Source of the DNA: Octopus vulgaris
Lineage: Eukaryota
Assembly (NCBI GenBank): GCA_951406725.2
Contig: OX597830.1
Span: 53,196,001 to 53,260,000 of the forward strand
Direction of reading: 5' to 3'
Length of the DNA: 64,000 nt
Positions within the stretch are counted from its first letter, which is position 1. Each line of letters opens with the position of its first letter. Shown piece by piece: positions 13,316-26,920 of this stretch. Both the position numbers and the translations under genes were made by a program. The notes under the pieces are model-generated. The model had not been told where the DNA came from. It did no database searches and saw nothing but the letters and a program-made list of their open reading frames with translations.

Positions 13316-14750
13316 TAGTTTTGTAGTATTTCATTAGAGCCCGTTACAATCTGTGCTTAAATCCTGCCATGGTGAACTCTGCCTTTCACTCATCCAAGGT
13401 TAATAAAATAAAGTACCAGTCAAGTGCTAGAGTCAATATAAACAAGGAACCCTCTCCACAAAATTTCTTGTGCTTAAGTTTATAAAAAAATCATTATTGT
13501 TATTATTATTATTAAGGTGGTGAGCTGGCAGAATTATGAACATGCCAGGCAAAATGCTTAGCAGCATTTTGTCTGTTTTCACATTCTGAATTCAAATTCT
13601 GCCGAGGTCAACTTTACCTTTTTAAAAGACAAAAAATATTTCACCTTTTCATGTCTTGTTAACTTCTTTTACCTTAATCTATTCAGTTACAGTATTTCAC
13701 CTTCATAATCTTTGCCTTCATAACCTCTCCTACTAATGATGTTACCCTGTGGTTTTACTATATTATACTATAACCATGTTGCCCAAGATACACCAACACA
13801 TTATTTCACTGACCATATTCCAGTATAAGCAGCCAACCAAAATAAAGGCATTGGTCCAAATAAACCAGTATCATCATCATAATTGTTGTAATGTCTTTAT
13901 TTCCATATCTGCATGGGTCAAACAAGATTGTTGGCACAGACTTTCTATGGCTGGATGCTCTTTCTGCTGCCAACCCTCATCTGTTTCCAAGTAAGGTAAT
14001 ATTTTCCCTAACCTGGACATATTTTCACTGAAGTGTGAGTGCAACGAACACAACTTGTATGAAGGTGAACAATGTTTGCAATTAGCATGCCATATCAAGA
14101 CAATGTTCGGTGGAGGGCAGCCAGTTTGTTGAAAGTTGAGTGGAAGGTAGCTAGAGTTCTGTGGCTGATTGAGTCCTGAGTGTTGAGTAGAGAGCAGATA
14201 GATTCACCATGTGTAATCTAAGCCGCTATGGAGGAAACAGCAGGAAGTTTTCCTCTGTTTGACAAATATTTGATCTTTTGATCCTAATAATATGTGGAGG
14301 TGGAGGGAGAGAGAGAGAGGGTTAATTACATATTATTACAACCTTCGTTTATTGCTGGGACACTTAACACATAACAGGAAGGAGGAGGAGTTATAACAGT
14401 AGGGGGTTATTTATGAAAACGAAAATAGTGAAGAGGTGAGAGTAGAGGGGGGGGGGGACGGAGGGAGTGAAAGTGATTTCTCAATGGAGTTAGTAAGTGA
14501 AGGTGGCAGCACTGGTTAGCAGATGGAGAGAGAGAGAGAGAGACTGATATCAGTGGACAGAGAGACAGTGAGAAGAGACAGAGTTTAATGTGTATGATTC
14601 ATTCAGTCCATGAAATAAATTGTAAAGGGAGAGAGAGAGATGAGAAAAAGAAAAGAAAAAGACAGAGAGAGAGTTAGTGAAAGAGAGAGCAAGCAGATGG
14701 AGATTGTGTCTGTAGAGAGAAGGTGGAGTGAGAGAGAAAGAGAAAATAGA

Positions 14751-15056
14751 GAGGGAGGTTGGTGGGAGAGAAAGCAAGAGGATGGAAACTAGGCAGAAAG
14801 AGAGAGGAGATAGTGAGAGAGAAATGATAGAAAAAGATAGAGGGAGGTTGGTGGGAGAGAAAGCAAGAAGGTGGAAACTAGGCAGAAAGAGAGAGGAGAT
14901 AGTGAGAGAGAAATGATAGAAAAAGATAGAGGGAGGTTGGTGGGAGAGAAAGCAAGAGGATGGAAACTAGGCAGAAAGAGAGAAGAGATAGCGAGAGAGA
15001 AATGATAGAAAAAGATAGAGGGAGGTTGGTGGGAGAGAAAGCAAGGGGGATGGAAA
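14751..15056 (+). repeat. 89-bp purine-rich minisatellite, about 3.4 copies
   Basis: The unit start gagggaggttggtgggagagaaagc recurs at 14751, 14840, 14929 and 15018. Confidence 0.9.
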
Positions 15057-16850
15057 AGCTGGGGTGGGGGAGAAGACAGAAAGATGGTTACTTCTCTGGA
15101 AGACAGACTAAGGAATCGTGCAAAAGATATTTAAAAATAAAAATATTTCTAATTTCATTAACATTGAATATTTCTATTCATTTATTGTTATGAATAAACT
15201 ACAGAACAAAAGGGAAATATCATCATCATCGTCAACATTATTAACCTTTGGTAATTGGACAATTACAAGCTTTTAATAGAAACAGGAAGAAAACAATTAT
15301 AACATAACTTATTATCATTGAACCAGATCTTCCTAGTAACAGCACTTGTAAAATTTTTATCATAAATTAACTTATGTGTTGGTGGTGGTGGGGGAGTAGC
15401 AAGTGGGGGGGGTCGGTGGCAGGTGAGGGTGGCAGTCAATGTTTTAAATTTTATCAATGGAACAGGGATATTGTATCCGTATGTGTGTGTGTGGGTCATA
15501 GATGGTGTCATTAGAAAGCTTCTCAACGGCATGGGCTGTAATTATAGTCTTCAACAGAAATGTGTTTGCCCTTCCAGAAATAAACATCAGTTTATCGACT
15601 TGTGTTCAGTTATTTCTTCAGATGTTATAACGTTCTGCCGGGACAATATTATTTATCTTTCACCGTTTACCTGTTTCAGTCAGTGGACTGTGGCCATGCT
15701 GGAGCATCGCCTTGAAGGGTTTAGTCAAAGTCAATCCCAGTAATGTATTTTAAGCCTAGCACTTATTTTATTGGTTGATTTTGCTGAACTGCAAAGTTAT
15801 GGAGATGTAAACAAACCAACATCAGTTGTCAAGTGGTGGTGGTGGTGGTGGGGTACAAAAAGTGTTTCAAATTTTGGCACAAGGCCAGTAATCTTAGGGA
15901 GTGGGAATTAGTTTATCATCATCATCGTTTAACGTCCGCTTTCCATGCTAGCATGGGTTGGACGGTTCAACTGGGATCTGGGAAGCCCAAAGGCTGCACC
16001 AGGCCCAGTCTGATCTGGCAGTGTTTCTACAGCTGGATGCCCTTCCTAATGCCAACCACTCCGTGAGTGTAGTGGGTGCTTTTTACGTGCCACCGGCACG
16101 GAGGCTAGGCGAGGCTGGCAACGGCCACGATTGGATGGTGTTTGTTACGTGCCACCGGCACGGAGGCAAGGCGATGCGGCGCTGGCTACAGCAACGTTCA
16201 GATGGTTCTCTTACGTGCCACCGGCACTGGTATCACAACTAGAAATTCTATTGATGTTATATGTTTTTGAAAAGGATTGCAGTTAAATTTCACATATTGT
16301 TGAGAAGGCTAATAAAGTTCATCAATTAGTTATCATTAATCATATTCAGGTAACCTCTTGCAAGAAGCAAAACCATTCTATGTTTACCCAAAGCAACATA
16401 TCAAGTGAGCTTGCTAGTTCTTTGATCTATCATAGGTTTAGCATGTTATGGGGTTTCTTCAAGATCAGCATGTTTTAATTTACACTACCTACCCAACACA
16501 AACACACCTACAAAGTATTATTATTTTTTTGTTTGTTTGTAAATTTCTTAATATTTGACATATTTCAATAAATGATATCATGAATGAACTGAGGAACAAA
16601 ATATTTTAATTACAAACACACACATACATACACACACAATCCAAACATTTTACTCAGGCATAGTATATCTAAGATGATGGTATCTTATGTGGTCTGCCTA
16701 TTTTAAAGATAGCTAGAGTCAGATGTAAGAGGTTCAGCTCCAGTAATTACATAGGTTAATTAATTCGTCTAATTTTGCTTATTTTATAGCTGAATGATTT
16801 AATCGCAGCAGAGACAAAACTCATATAATGTAGAAAAATAAGTGATTTAA

Positions 16851-17070
16851 CCCTTTAGTGTTCAGACTACTCTGTTAAATGTAATGCTTTTTTATTTAAA
16901 TTGTTTTGAATTAATCATGCATTATCTTATAGCTTTGAGGTTTCAATGATGTGATTGTTTATTTTAAGAATGTCAATGTAGGTTAGGTGTGAGAGGCTAG
17001 ATATGGCCAGTTTGAATATAAAATATGTAAATATATTGGGCCGGATTTGGCCAGTTTAAACACTAAAGGG
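16851..17070. mobile_element. piggyBac-like MITE (220 bp)
   Basis: TTAA on both sides; TIR ccctttagtgtt / aacactaaaggg. A near-identical copy is at 60848-61057 and a decayed inverted copy at about 58110-58332. Confidence 0.85.
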
Positions 17071-17924
17071 TTAATATTGAACCAAGAAGTGACATACAAC
17101 TATGTATGTGTATATAATATATGTATGTGTATATAATGTATGTATGTGTAATGTGTGTATGTGTATATAATATATGTATGTGTATATAATGTATGTATTT
17201 GTATATAATGTATGTATGTGTATATAATGTATATATTTGTATATAATGTATGTATGTGTATATAATATATGTATGTGTCAGAAGACATGCTTGGCTGAAA
17301 AGAAATGTTACCTAAAAAAAAAGAAACAGGTAAATAGATAAAAAGGTGAAAGCAGAGGTATTCATCGTGTTACCACCTGAATGAAGGGAAGTTTGTCGTT
17401 AATGAGAAGGAGCCGAGTTATTTAGGTTGGTAGGCTGAAAGTCTTTCCAGTGACACAGCAGCACAAAAGTAATGGTGACAGTGATGATAATGGTAGTTGT
17501 GGTGGTGGAGGTGGTAGAACTAGCGCCTGCTTCACTCAGCTGTGAACACGGGGGGGGGGGGGGAAGCGGCCATTAAACCACGACGGTGATGATGACACAC
17601 ATTATATATTTGTGTGCATACTTACTTAACACACAAGTACTTGTACAAACATTCTCAGAAAAATCTCTACAGATACCCACACCTGAACAAGAATTTCATT
17701 TGCTCTTCTATGCTAGCATAGGCTAGATGAATATATTATTCAGACATTGTTTTATTGTTAGATGCTCTTCCTGTCATTAACCTTTATCTATTTTTCAACT
17801 AAGCAATCTCTTATTTTACAAGACTTCAAAGGTGCAAACCAAATGGATGGTTTGTTGATGAGAGAACTGAGAATAATGTCACCACTCATAGGTTGCAACT
17901 ATAGTAGGAGTAAGCACAAATGTA

Positions 17925-17959
<35 letters not shown>

Positions 17960-19199
17960 CACACACAGAGGCATGTCTATGTGGTAAGAAACTTGTTTCT
18001 TAATCACATGGTTCCAGGATCAGTCCCACAGCGTGGAACCTTGGGCAAGTGTCTTCTACTATAGAATCAGGCCAACCAAAGCCTTGTGAGTAGATTTGGT
18101 AGAAAGAGACTGAAAAAAGCCTATCAAGAGTGTGTGTGTGTGTGTGAATCTCTCACCACAGCTAATCAATTGGTGTTGACAACATTTACAAGTGATTTCT
18201 TCATCATTATTGTAGCCTGAACAGTTTTTCTGAGCTAAGTTGTTGCTATAGTGTAGAACAAACCTAACACTTAGGTTTGATTCAATTTCTCTCTAAATTT
18301 TTAAACAAGGTCTCCACTCACTTGCTGGAGTTTATTTTATGTATTCGGAAGTTCATTCTGCTCTGTTCATTGTCTCATAACGTTTTAATATTCATAAATT
18401 CAGATGATTCATTCACCTGGCATCACGAATGTCATAAGAAGTTTCAACAATACTTTAGCATGCAGTATTTATAGTCTATGCTGTGAAATGACCTTGATAT
18501 GGGTTAGGGTTAAGAATATTTTAAATTACAGATTGAAAAATCAGAAGGCCAAGGTGTGTTGGTGCCCCCTTAGGTACTTTTTGGCTATCTCCCCACCATT
18601 AAAAAATTGGGTTATCTCCCCCACCCCATTTTACAAGAAATATCGGTACTTTTGGTTATCTCCTTCAACTAAAAAAAATTGTTTAACCCTCAATAAAACA
18701 AAAAAATTAAATGTTAAAAATTAATAAACATAAAGAGTGAAAAGATGAAGAATCGTTTTGAATCTGATAGTATTTTTATAACAAATCATACAAAACTGAA
18801 AAAATTGATAAACATGAAAACTGAAAAAAATTAAATATCTTACTGAATCTGATAACATTTTTATAACAAATCATACCATTCCTATTGAGGAGGCCAATGG
18901 TACGTAAAAAGCACCATTTGAGTGTGATTGTTACCAGCATCGCCTTACTGGCACATGAAAAACAACATTCGAATGAGGTTGTTGCCAGTGCCACTGGACT
19001 GGCTCCTGTGCAGGTGGCACGTAAAAAACACCATTTGAGCATGGTCGTTGCCAGTACCACCTGACTGGCCCTCATGCTGGTGGCATGTAAAAAGCACCCA
19101 CTACATTCTCAGTCCAGCTGTAGAAATTCTGCCAGATCAGAATGGAGCTTGGTGCAGCCACCCATGCCAGCATGGAAAGTGGAATTAAACGATGATAAT

Positions 19200-19237
<38 letters not shown>

Positions 19238-19404
19238 ATGGGCTTCTTTCAGTTTCCATCTACCAAATCCACACACAAGGTTTTGGTTGACCTGAGGCTA
19301 TAGTTGAAGACACTTGCCCAAGATGCTACACAGTGAGGCTGAACCTAGAACCATGTGGTTGAAAAGCAAGCTTCTTATCACACAGCCACATTTGCATCTA
19401 TATA

Positions 19405-20688
19405 TTGGGTTGTCCGGAAAGTTTGTGCCGATTTTTAAAGGAAAGAAAAAGGTGAATAAATACTTGCCATTACATTTTTAATCAACCAAATATGAACCAT
19501 TTTGTTGCACAATGCGTCTCCATCTTTCCTTTAACTTGAAAATACCCTCTTCCCAGAATTGAGGTGGTTTCATGGCAAAGAATTCATCAAGGTATCTTTT
19601 TATGTCATCCAAGGAATTGAAATTTTTACCATTAAGACTATTCTGCAGAGACCTGAATAAGTGGAAATCCGAAGGAGCAATATTTGGTGAATATGGAGGG
19701 TGGGGTAACACATCCCAGCCGAGCTGCAGCAATTTTTGTCTGGCTCCCAAAGAAATGTGTGGTCTTGCATTATCATGTTGGAAAATAACACCCTTCCTGT
19801 TGGCCAATTCTGGACGTTTCTCTTGAATTGCTGCTTTTAACTCTTCCAGTTGTGTGCAGTATTTCTCAGAATTAATTGTCTGGTTACTCGGGAGAAGCTC
19901 ATAGTACAGAATTCCTTTCCATTCCCACCAGACACAAAGCAAGACTTTTTTAGGGTGAAGACCCACTTTTGGTGTGGCTAAGGGTGGCTCATGTTGCTTA
20001 CTCCAGGATTGCATTCTCTGAACATTTCGGTAGATAATCCATTTCTCACCACCTGTCACAATTTGCTTTAAAAAAGGCACATTTTCATTCCATTTATAAA
20101 GCGAATCACAGATGGAAATGCGATCCAAAAGGTCCTTCTCACTCAACTCATGTGGTACCCAAACATTGTAACGATTTGTGTACCCAATCTTTACCAGGTG
20201 CTCATGAACAATGGATTTTGATAGGTTGAGGCTTTCTGCCAATTCTCGGGTTGTGCAATGTGGGTTATTCTTAATTAATGACTTGATTTGGTCATCATCT
20301 GTAGTGGATGGTCTGCCTGATTGCTCTTTATCAATAAGGCTACAATCTCCAGCTCAGAACCTTGCGAACCACTTCCGTACAGTTCTTTTGGATAAAGAAA
20401 CATCACCGTAAACTGCGTGTATTTCTTTGGTTGCTTGTGAGACATTTTTCCCTTTACGGAAAAAGAAAAGCACCAAGTGCCGGAAATGAACTTTCTTATC
20501 TTCCATTTTAAAGGGTTACAGAATTAACACAGGTTATAGGAACATAAACCTTCTTCCATGAAAACACAGCTTAAACTGTGCTCTAAATGGAGATGTAGTC
20601 AAATCCTATTTTATGGACTCAACCATGTTCTAAAATAAGTCGAAAGGTAAGCTACTATAAATCGGCATGAACTTTCTGGACAACCCAA
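19405..20688 (-). mobile_element. Full-length mariner transposon (Hsmar1/SETMAR-like, DD34D type), 1284 bp
   Basis: TIRs ttgggttgtccggaaagtttgtgccgattt / aaatcggcatgaactttctggacaacccaa, each flanked by TA (19403-19404, 20689-20690). Transposase frame inside. Confidence 0.95.
19478..20506 (-). pseudogene. Mariner transposase, 342 codons, inactivated
   Basis: ATG at 20506 (MEDKKVHFRH...), with an in-frame TGA at codon 51 (20354-20356). Motifs WVPHEL, HDNARPH and YSPNIAPSDFHLF are present. The first catalytic Asp is replaced (IVTGGEKW instead of IVTGDEKW). Confidence 0.9.
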
Positions 20689-20943
20689 TATTTTTTAAGT
20701 ATAATTATTAGATATTATTATTATAAGGGCACTGAAACAACAACGCCTGTATACTAGAAATAGACCCCAAATGTTCTACAAACCACTTAAGTCATTTCTC
20801 CATTACCACAAGGTTGTATGCGAGGAAAAAACCACATGGTTTTTACTTCATATATCTGTGTGAAATGCATGTATATGCTTGTATTTGTATGACTGTATAT
20901 CTATAGTATGTATATGTATTTCTCATTTATTTACAATTGGTTT

Positions 20944-21006
20944 ACACTTCTGAAGAGTGGAAAGTGTTTTTAATATCGCAAACCATGAAATCTTGAGATA
21001 TAGTGT
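20944..21006 (+). ncRNA. Type I hammerhead ribozyme-like motif
   Basis: acact(t)-CTGAAGA-gtgg...ccat-GAAA-tcttgaga-TA-(t)agtgt. Core boxes intact; stem I acact/agtgt; stem III is one transition from the palindrome TCTCGAGA. Confidence 0.65.
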
Positions 21007-21480
21007 TGTTCATAGTATTTTATAAATCCTTTCTGTCCATTTTTCTCACATACAACCTTATGGTAATGGAGTAATAACCTAAGTGGGTTGTAGATCATTT
21101 GGGGTCTATTTCTAGCATACAGGCATTGTCGTTTCAGCACCCTTATAATTATATTTTATAATTATACTTAAATACAAAGTAAACATTATGGTCTCGTTAG
21201 TACGTTGGCCACTGATAAATCTTTAGATAATGACTTTATCCTAATTATGTATAAATATATATAGATATATAACTGTATAAAAACAAGGGAAAATTATCAA
21301 ATTTTTTCACCAGTGGCCAGCATGCATAATACGAGTCAGAAGACAAAAATATTTTAAAACATACACAGAGAAAAAAACCACTACACGGATTTCTTACATG
21401 CTAAAAATGGCAATCAAAGATTAAAACCATTTTTAGCATAGTGGCTTTCTCTCCATGTATGTTTCATACACAATTATATT

Positions 21481-21522
<42 letters not shown>

Positions 21523-23232
21523 GCTTTTTTCAGTTTTTATGTACCAAATCCACTCATGAGGCTTTGGTCAGCCTTAAGCTATAGTAGAAGACACTTGCTC
21601 AAGGTGCCATAGAGTGGGACTGAACCCAGAACAATGTGGTTTGGAAGCAAGCTTCTTACCTATCAGCCATGCATGCACCATGTTCAGATTTTATCATAAC
21701 CTAACGTAAAATGAAACATTCATATATATATATATACACACACACACACATACATACTCAATTCTTCCACACCCCTATGTACACATTAATAACACCATGA
21801 CCATCTCTTCCAATTAGCTCCATCACTACACCACCTATCAACCCACCATCAACACCACTACATCTCACAGTGACTGACAGCAGTGGTGTCTGGGTTCTCG
21901 TCAGACATGCAGCACACCAACGAAAAGAAAATATTTTTATTATTTTTACATCAATGTTTCTGGGCGTAGAATTTCATAAACGTGTGTGTATATATGTATG
22001 TATGCATATATATATATATTTATATATTCCTACTTTGTTGAACATGGTTATATATTTTTGATAAACAGACCACTGTGTGTGTGTGGGTATGTGTATGGCA
22101 TTTGACTTGGAGCTATATATATATATGAATATATACTGAGTGGTGTGTGTTTATGTATGTTTGTGAAGACGTGATGTTAGACATGGTTGTATATATGAGG
22201 GACACAGTAATAGCATGGTGGGTGTATAAATGTGTATATCAAGTGTTCCACTTATTTGCCACACACCAACAACTGCATACACACACACTGTATATATAAA
22301 TATACACTCACATACACAACAATATGTAAGACAGAAGTCAGACAAAGGAATCAATTTTCCACCTGTTATCTGGACTGACATAAAAGATAACAATAACTAA
22401 CAAGTTATTCCTCAGAGAATATCCAATAAAAACAAACGCCCCTTCCTTCTCCTCCACACCCATACAAATACATCCACACACACACACACACAATATCCAA
22501 GGCACCCTGTCCATGCAACCTGACTCACACTCTCCAGGAAGCTGAAAGTTTTTTCTAGGAGATTAGCTGTCAGAAGATGTTGATATAACACTTGACATGA
22601 AAGTTGTTGTTCCTGTTGTTGTTGTCAAATGACATCATATCAGTACTGACCAGAAGAGATGTTTCCTGATGAAGAGGCTACATACATGAAAGTATATATA
22701 CATACATATATATATGCACAGGCACACATGTATAATATATGCACAAATATACATATTTACACATACACATCTATATATACTATATACACACACACATATA
22801 TCATTTATATATATATATACACAAATATATATATCAAATCAAAATCAAATTCGATGACTGGTGTCCGTGCTAGCAAGGTGCAAAGAGCACCATACGAGTG
22901 TGATCACTGACAGAGTGGCTAACCGGCTTCCATGCCAGTTGCACATAAAAGGGCACCATTTGAGCGTGGTCATTACCAGTGTTGCCTTACTGGCACTCGA
23001 GCCCTGTGCTAGTAGGGTATTAAGAGCACCATCCGAGTGTGATCGTTGCCAGAGTGGCTATCTGGCCTCTGTGCCGCTGGCACGTAAAAGACACCATTCG
23101 AGCGTAATCGTTACCAGCATCGCCTTACTGGCACCTGTGCCAGTGGCATGTGTAAAGGATTCGAGTGAGGTCGTTGCCAGTACCGCCTGACTGGCCCCGT
23201 GCCGGTGACATGTAAAAGCACCCACTACACTT

Positions 23233-24490
23233 AATTCAAATTCCAACAGTTGTATTTTCAGGTGGGACTTTTCACTGCTTTCAATTTGTTTGTTTAGGCG
23301 ATTTGAAACTTTTGTACGCTGTCTCATAATAATTTTCCTCTCCCTGGGGATTTTGTTCTTGTGTACAGTGGCCTTTCTCTCCGGAACACATTTGTAGCAT
23401 ATGGCTTTCATTATAGACGTGAATTGTTGAAGTTTCATGTCAATGTCCGGTGAGGAGAGACATTTAGGCCTAAACAAAATCCCCAAACAAAATCACCTAA
23501 ACAAACAAGTTGAAAGCAGTGAAAAGTCCCGCCTGAAAATACAACTGTTGGAAATTGAATTAAGTCTGCAACTCTCCCATGAAAAAGAAAGAGCAGACAA
23601 AGAAGCCTGGGCTATAGACAATATAAAATCTAACCCCAGAGCTTTCTACAAGTTTGCCAAAGAAACAGCTTTGGTGCACTGCAGGATAGGGCCATTCCTT
23701 GAAAAGAGATGGTACACTCACAGGAAATCTAATGAGGATAAGTGAAATACTAAATGAGCAATTCAAAAGTATTTTCACTCCACCCCTAGGGCACTTTCAA
23801 ATCAGCAATCCAACTGACTTCTTTACCACTGCAGATATAAAAACAGAGGCAATGATGATTAATTACATCACTATAAAGGAAGACGATGTAATAAGGGCTA
23901 TAGATGAAATGAACCCAAACTCAGCTTATGGAAGTTCAAGCGGGAAAGATTCTGAGAGTTTCTTGTAGGCTACATGTCCATGCTTTCCTTTGGCCTGTAC
24001 ATGGTCAGCTCTACCATGTTGTGATTCGAGAGTAGCGTCGGTGTCACTTTCACATTATGGATGAGATCCACATTATTTGTGAAGCAAAGATCCAGTATGT
24101 TACCTGCCCTGGTTGGTTGGAGTACTATTTGCTCCATGTACAAAGTGTTGATTAGGTTCAGTAGGGACCTCACCTGTCCTTGTTCACATCGTGTCATTCC
24201 TGGGAGAGAAAGGCTTTCAGGCCATCTGACATTGGGCAGACTGAAGTCTCCCATAAGAAGTACACTTATGTGTTGTTCTAATGTAACTAGAACTTCTAAT
24301 TTTGTAAGGCAGTCTTCAAACTTGCCTACATGATTTGGAGCATCACCAAATATAAGTTGCCTTATATGTACAATTAGTGTGTCACATACTGAATTTGAAT
24401 GTGACAAAAAGACCTAGGGTGTGAGGTCTTCGCGGATGTACATAGCAACTCCACCATGACTCCTTTCTTTCCTGTTGGTCCGTAATACAA
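23233..24490 (-). mobile_element. Rearranged CR1/L2-type LINE ORF2 fragment (AP endonuclease and linker)
   Basis: Minus strand: RKERSHGGVAMYIR, LMGDFSLPNVRW, PTRAGNILDLCFTNN, LSNHNMV (APE motifs). The segment 23488-23928 lies on the plus strand (IKSNPRAFYKFAK, SEILNEQFKSIFT). Confidence 0.85.
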
Positions 24491-25692
24491 CAGTAGATTC
24501 TAATTTTTATTCTTTTGATAAGTAAAATTTATTCTGAGCTGAGATACATTGCTTTAAAGTTGATAAGTAAAAACTGCAATTATTTTTGCATCAAACTGAT
24601 TCACAGGTTACAGATGACCTGGAGATAAATGTAATACATACACAATAGCTGACCAAGATATGAGGTCATAAGTTCAATACACACTAAATGACCAAGACAA
24701 GGTTCAGATTTAATAACAGCCAATAGATGACCTGGATGTGAGACTATAAAGGTGATGTATGGTTAAGTGTCCAAGTTGTTAATTGTTGTAGGTGAAAATT
24801 CAGTAAGGTAACAAAAAAAAACCAACAAAAAACTTTAAAATGAAATAAAATGGAGTTTATAAAATTTGGTTGAGAAAACAGTATTAAGTAGTGAGAATGG
24901 GGTGTTGCAAGGATTAACAGAAACAAGGTTCAGGGTGGATTAAGAAGCATATCAAAGGAGAAAGGAAAGGCAATAACAAAATATTATGCACAAAATCTGG
25001 GAGCTTAGTGTGTCAAAAGAGATCATAGAAGTTGGGGAAGAGGAGAGAGAGGAGGGAGAAAGAGCAAGGGAAAAAGAGAGCAATGTTAGAAAAATTAAAT
25101 ACAAAAGGATGTGTTTCTAAGTTACAGGTTACCAAACTGTTGTCAGCCTAAAGAAAATAAGATGAAAATAAACAAAGCCTGGTTGAGGTGGTGATGGTGC
25201 AGGTGGTAATTGTGGTGTTGGTGCAGGTGATGATAGTGAGGGTGGTGGTGGCAGTAATGGTGATAACGATGGTACTGTCAGTGGAAGTGGTGAGGAAGGT
25301 AGTGGAAACTGTGAGTAGGATTATAACAATGGCGGTTAGAATAGCAATGATAGTGGTGGTTGTGGTGGTGGTGGCAGTGCGGATATTTTTTAAAATATTC
25401 TAATGTGCACATTTAAATTGTACTACAGCTAAGTTAACCAGTTATTCTCTTCTCACAACTTTTGGATTGATCGATTAAATACTAATAATAAAAGGTATCA
25501 GCTTTATGATTACAAGGTATTGAACTCATGCTGTTTGACCAAATGTATACTTTTGACCAATATGATTTATTCTGGATATTGACAGATATACAAACGGTTA
25601 ATTGAATTAAGCTGCTGGTTAGATGCTATTTCTACAAATCAGGTTTCCCCGTTTCATGGAGTCTTTAGGTTAGAGACTGTATGTGTATTATA

Positions 25693-26580
25693 TGAGGGAA
25701 TACCCAAAAGAAACCAAAATTTTGCAATATTATTTTACTCCCTTAGTTTTACATGTTTATACTTTTATCACCTTCAAAATGTTCTCCATTTGAAGCAGTG
25801 CATCAGTCCAGGCATGTTTTCTACTGTTCAAAGCAGTGTTGGAACTCTTGTGAAGGGATGCCTTTTAATGCCTCCATGGTTTTTTCTTCACCTCTTCCAC
25901 ATCTGCAAATTCCATAGCACCAGCTTTCATCACCAGAGATGACCTTTGAAAAAAGGTCCTGATCAACTTTGATTGTTCTTTTAGTTCACAACACACATTC
26001 AGTCGTGACTGCTTTTGATCTTCTGTGAGCAAGCAAGGCACAAATTTTGTTGCAACTCTTTTCATTTGCAATTCCTCACTCAAAATTTATTGGCAGGAGC
26101 TCCAGGATACACCAGTCATATCAATAAGTTCGTCACTTGTTTGGTGACGGTTCTTCAAGAATTTTCATGATGTTTTCATTCATTGGGGAGGTCAGCAGTT
26201 GTTCTGAATGAGGTCAGTCAAGAGACAAGTGACCATTCCTAAAGCATGGAAATCACTTGTAAACTTGTTTTGCTCATGGCAGTGGATTTCTAAGCTGTTT
26301 GAAACATGACAACTGTTTCAGCCACTGTTTCCCCCAAGAGAAAACAGAATTTCATGGAAGCATGCTGTTCCTTTGTTTCAGTCATTGCAAAAATCAACGA
26401 ACAGGGGAGAAGCACTGCAAAACAAAGACGCACTATGTGGCAGTATGATCCCATTGGACAATGCTGGTTGGCAGACTGATGCCTGAGGGTTGCATCAAGT
26501 GGCTTCTAGTGGTGGAAGCCTGAACTACAATGGGCTTGTCCCACAGAGAATGTTCCTGATTATTTTTGGGTACCCCCTCA
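25693..26580 (-). mobile_element. Internally deleted mariner of a second subfamily
   Basis: TIRs (ta)tgagggaatacccaaaa / tttttgggtaccccctca(ta). Residual frame LSEELQMKRVATKFVPCLLTEDQKQSR, similar to the mariner RVAAKFVPRLL motif. Confidence 0.8.
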
Positions 26581-26857
26581 TATATATATATATAATGGTT
26601 GAGTGTGCACAGATAGTTAAGAGTATATATGGATATGCATAATTGAATGTTTATGTGACTGAGTAGCTGTATGTGAAAGTTAGCAGCTATATGCGAATAT
26701 ATGAATAGTTAAGTGTTATTTCATAGTTGAATATGAGAGTTTATGTTAAAGGCGGAGTGAGAGTTAGTAACTGTGCATGCAAAGGTTTAGTTAAGTGCAG
26801 ACATGTGAACAGCATGTGCATCACGTGCAGTGCGGCTCAGAGTGTAACACACCCTAC

Positions 26858-26920
26858 CTTTTATGGATAAATTGACAGGTGTGGCACCTGCAGAGTAACA
26901 CTTCATATTGTACATGGATG
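26858..26920 (-). CDS. FBXL7: Candidate upstream FBXL7 exon (63 nt, phase 1-1; xSMYNMKCYSAGATPVNLSIK)
   Basis: Strong pyrimidine tract and acceptor (ttcttctttatctcttctttgatttcag), donor AAAG|gtaggg, open frame with ATG at 26915. The terminal G joins AT of the 10467 exon to give GAT (Asp) in frame. No homology support. Confidence 0.55.
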
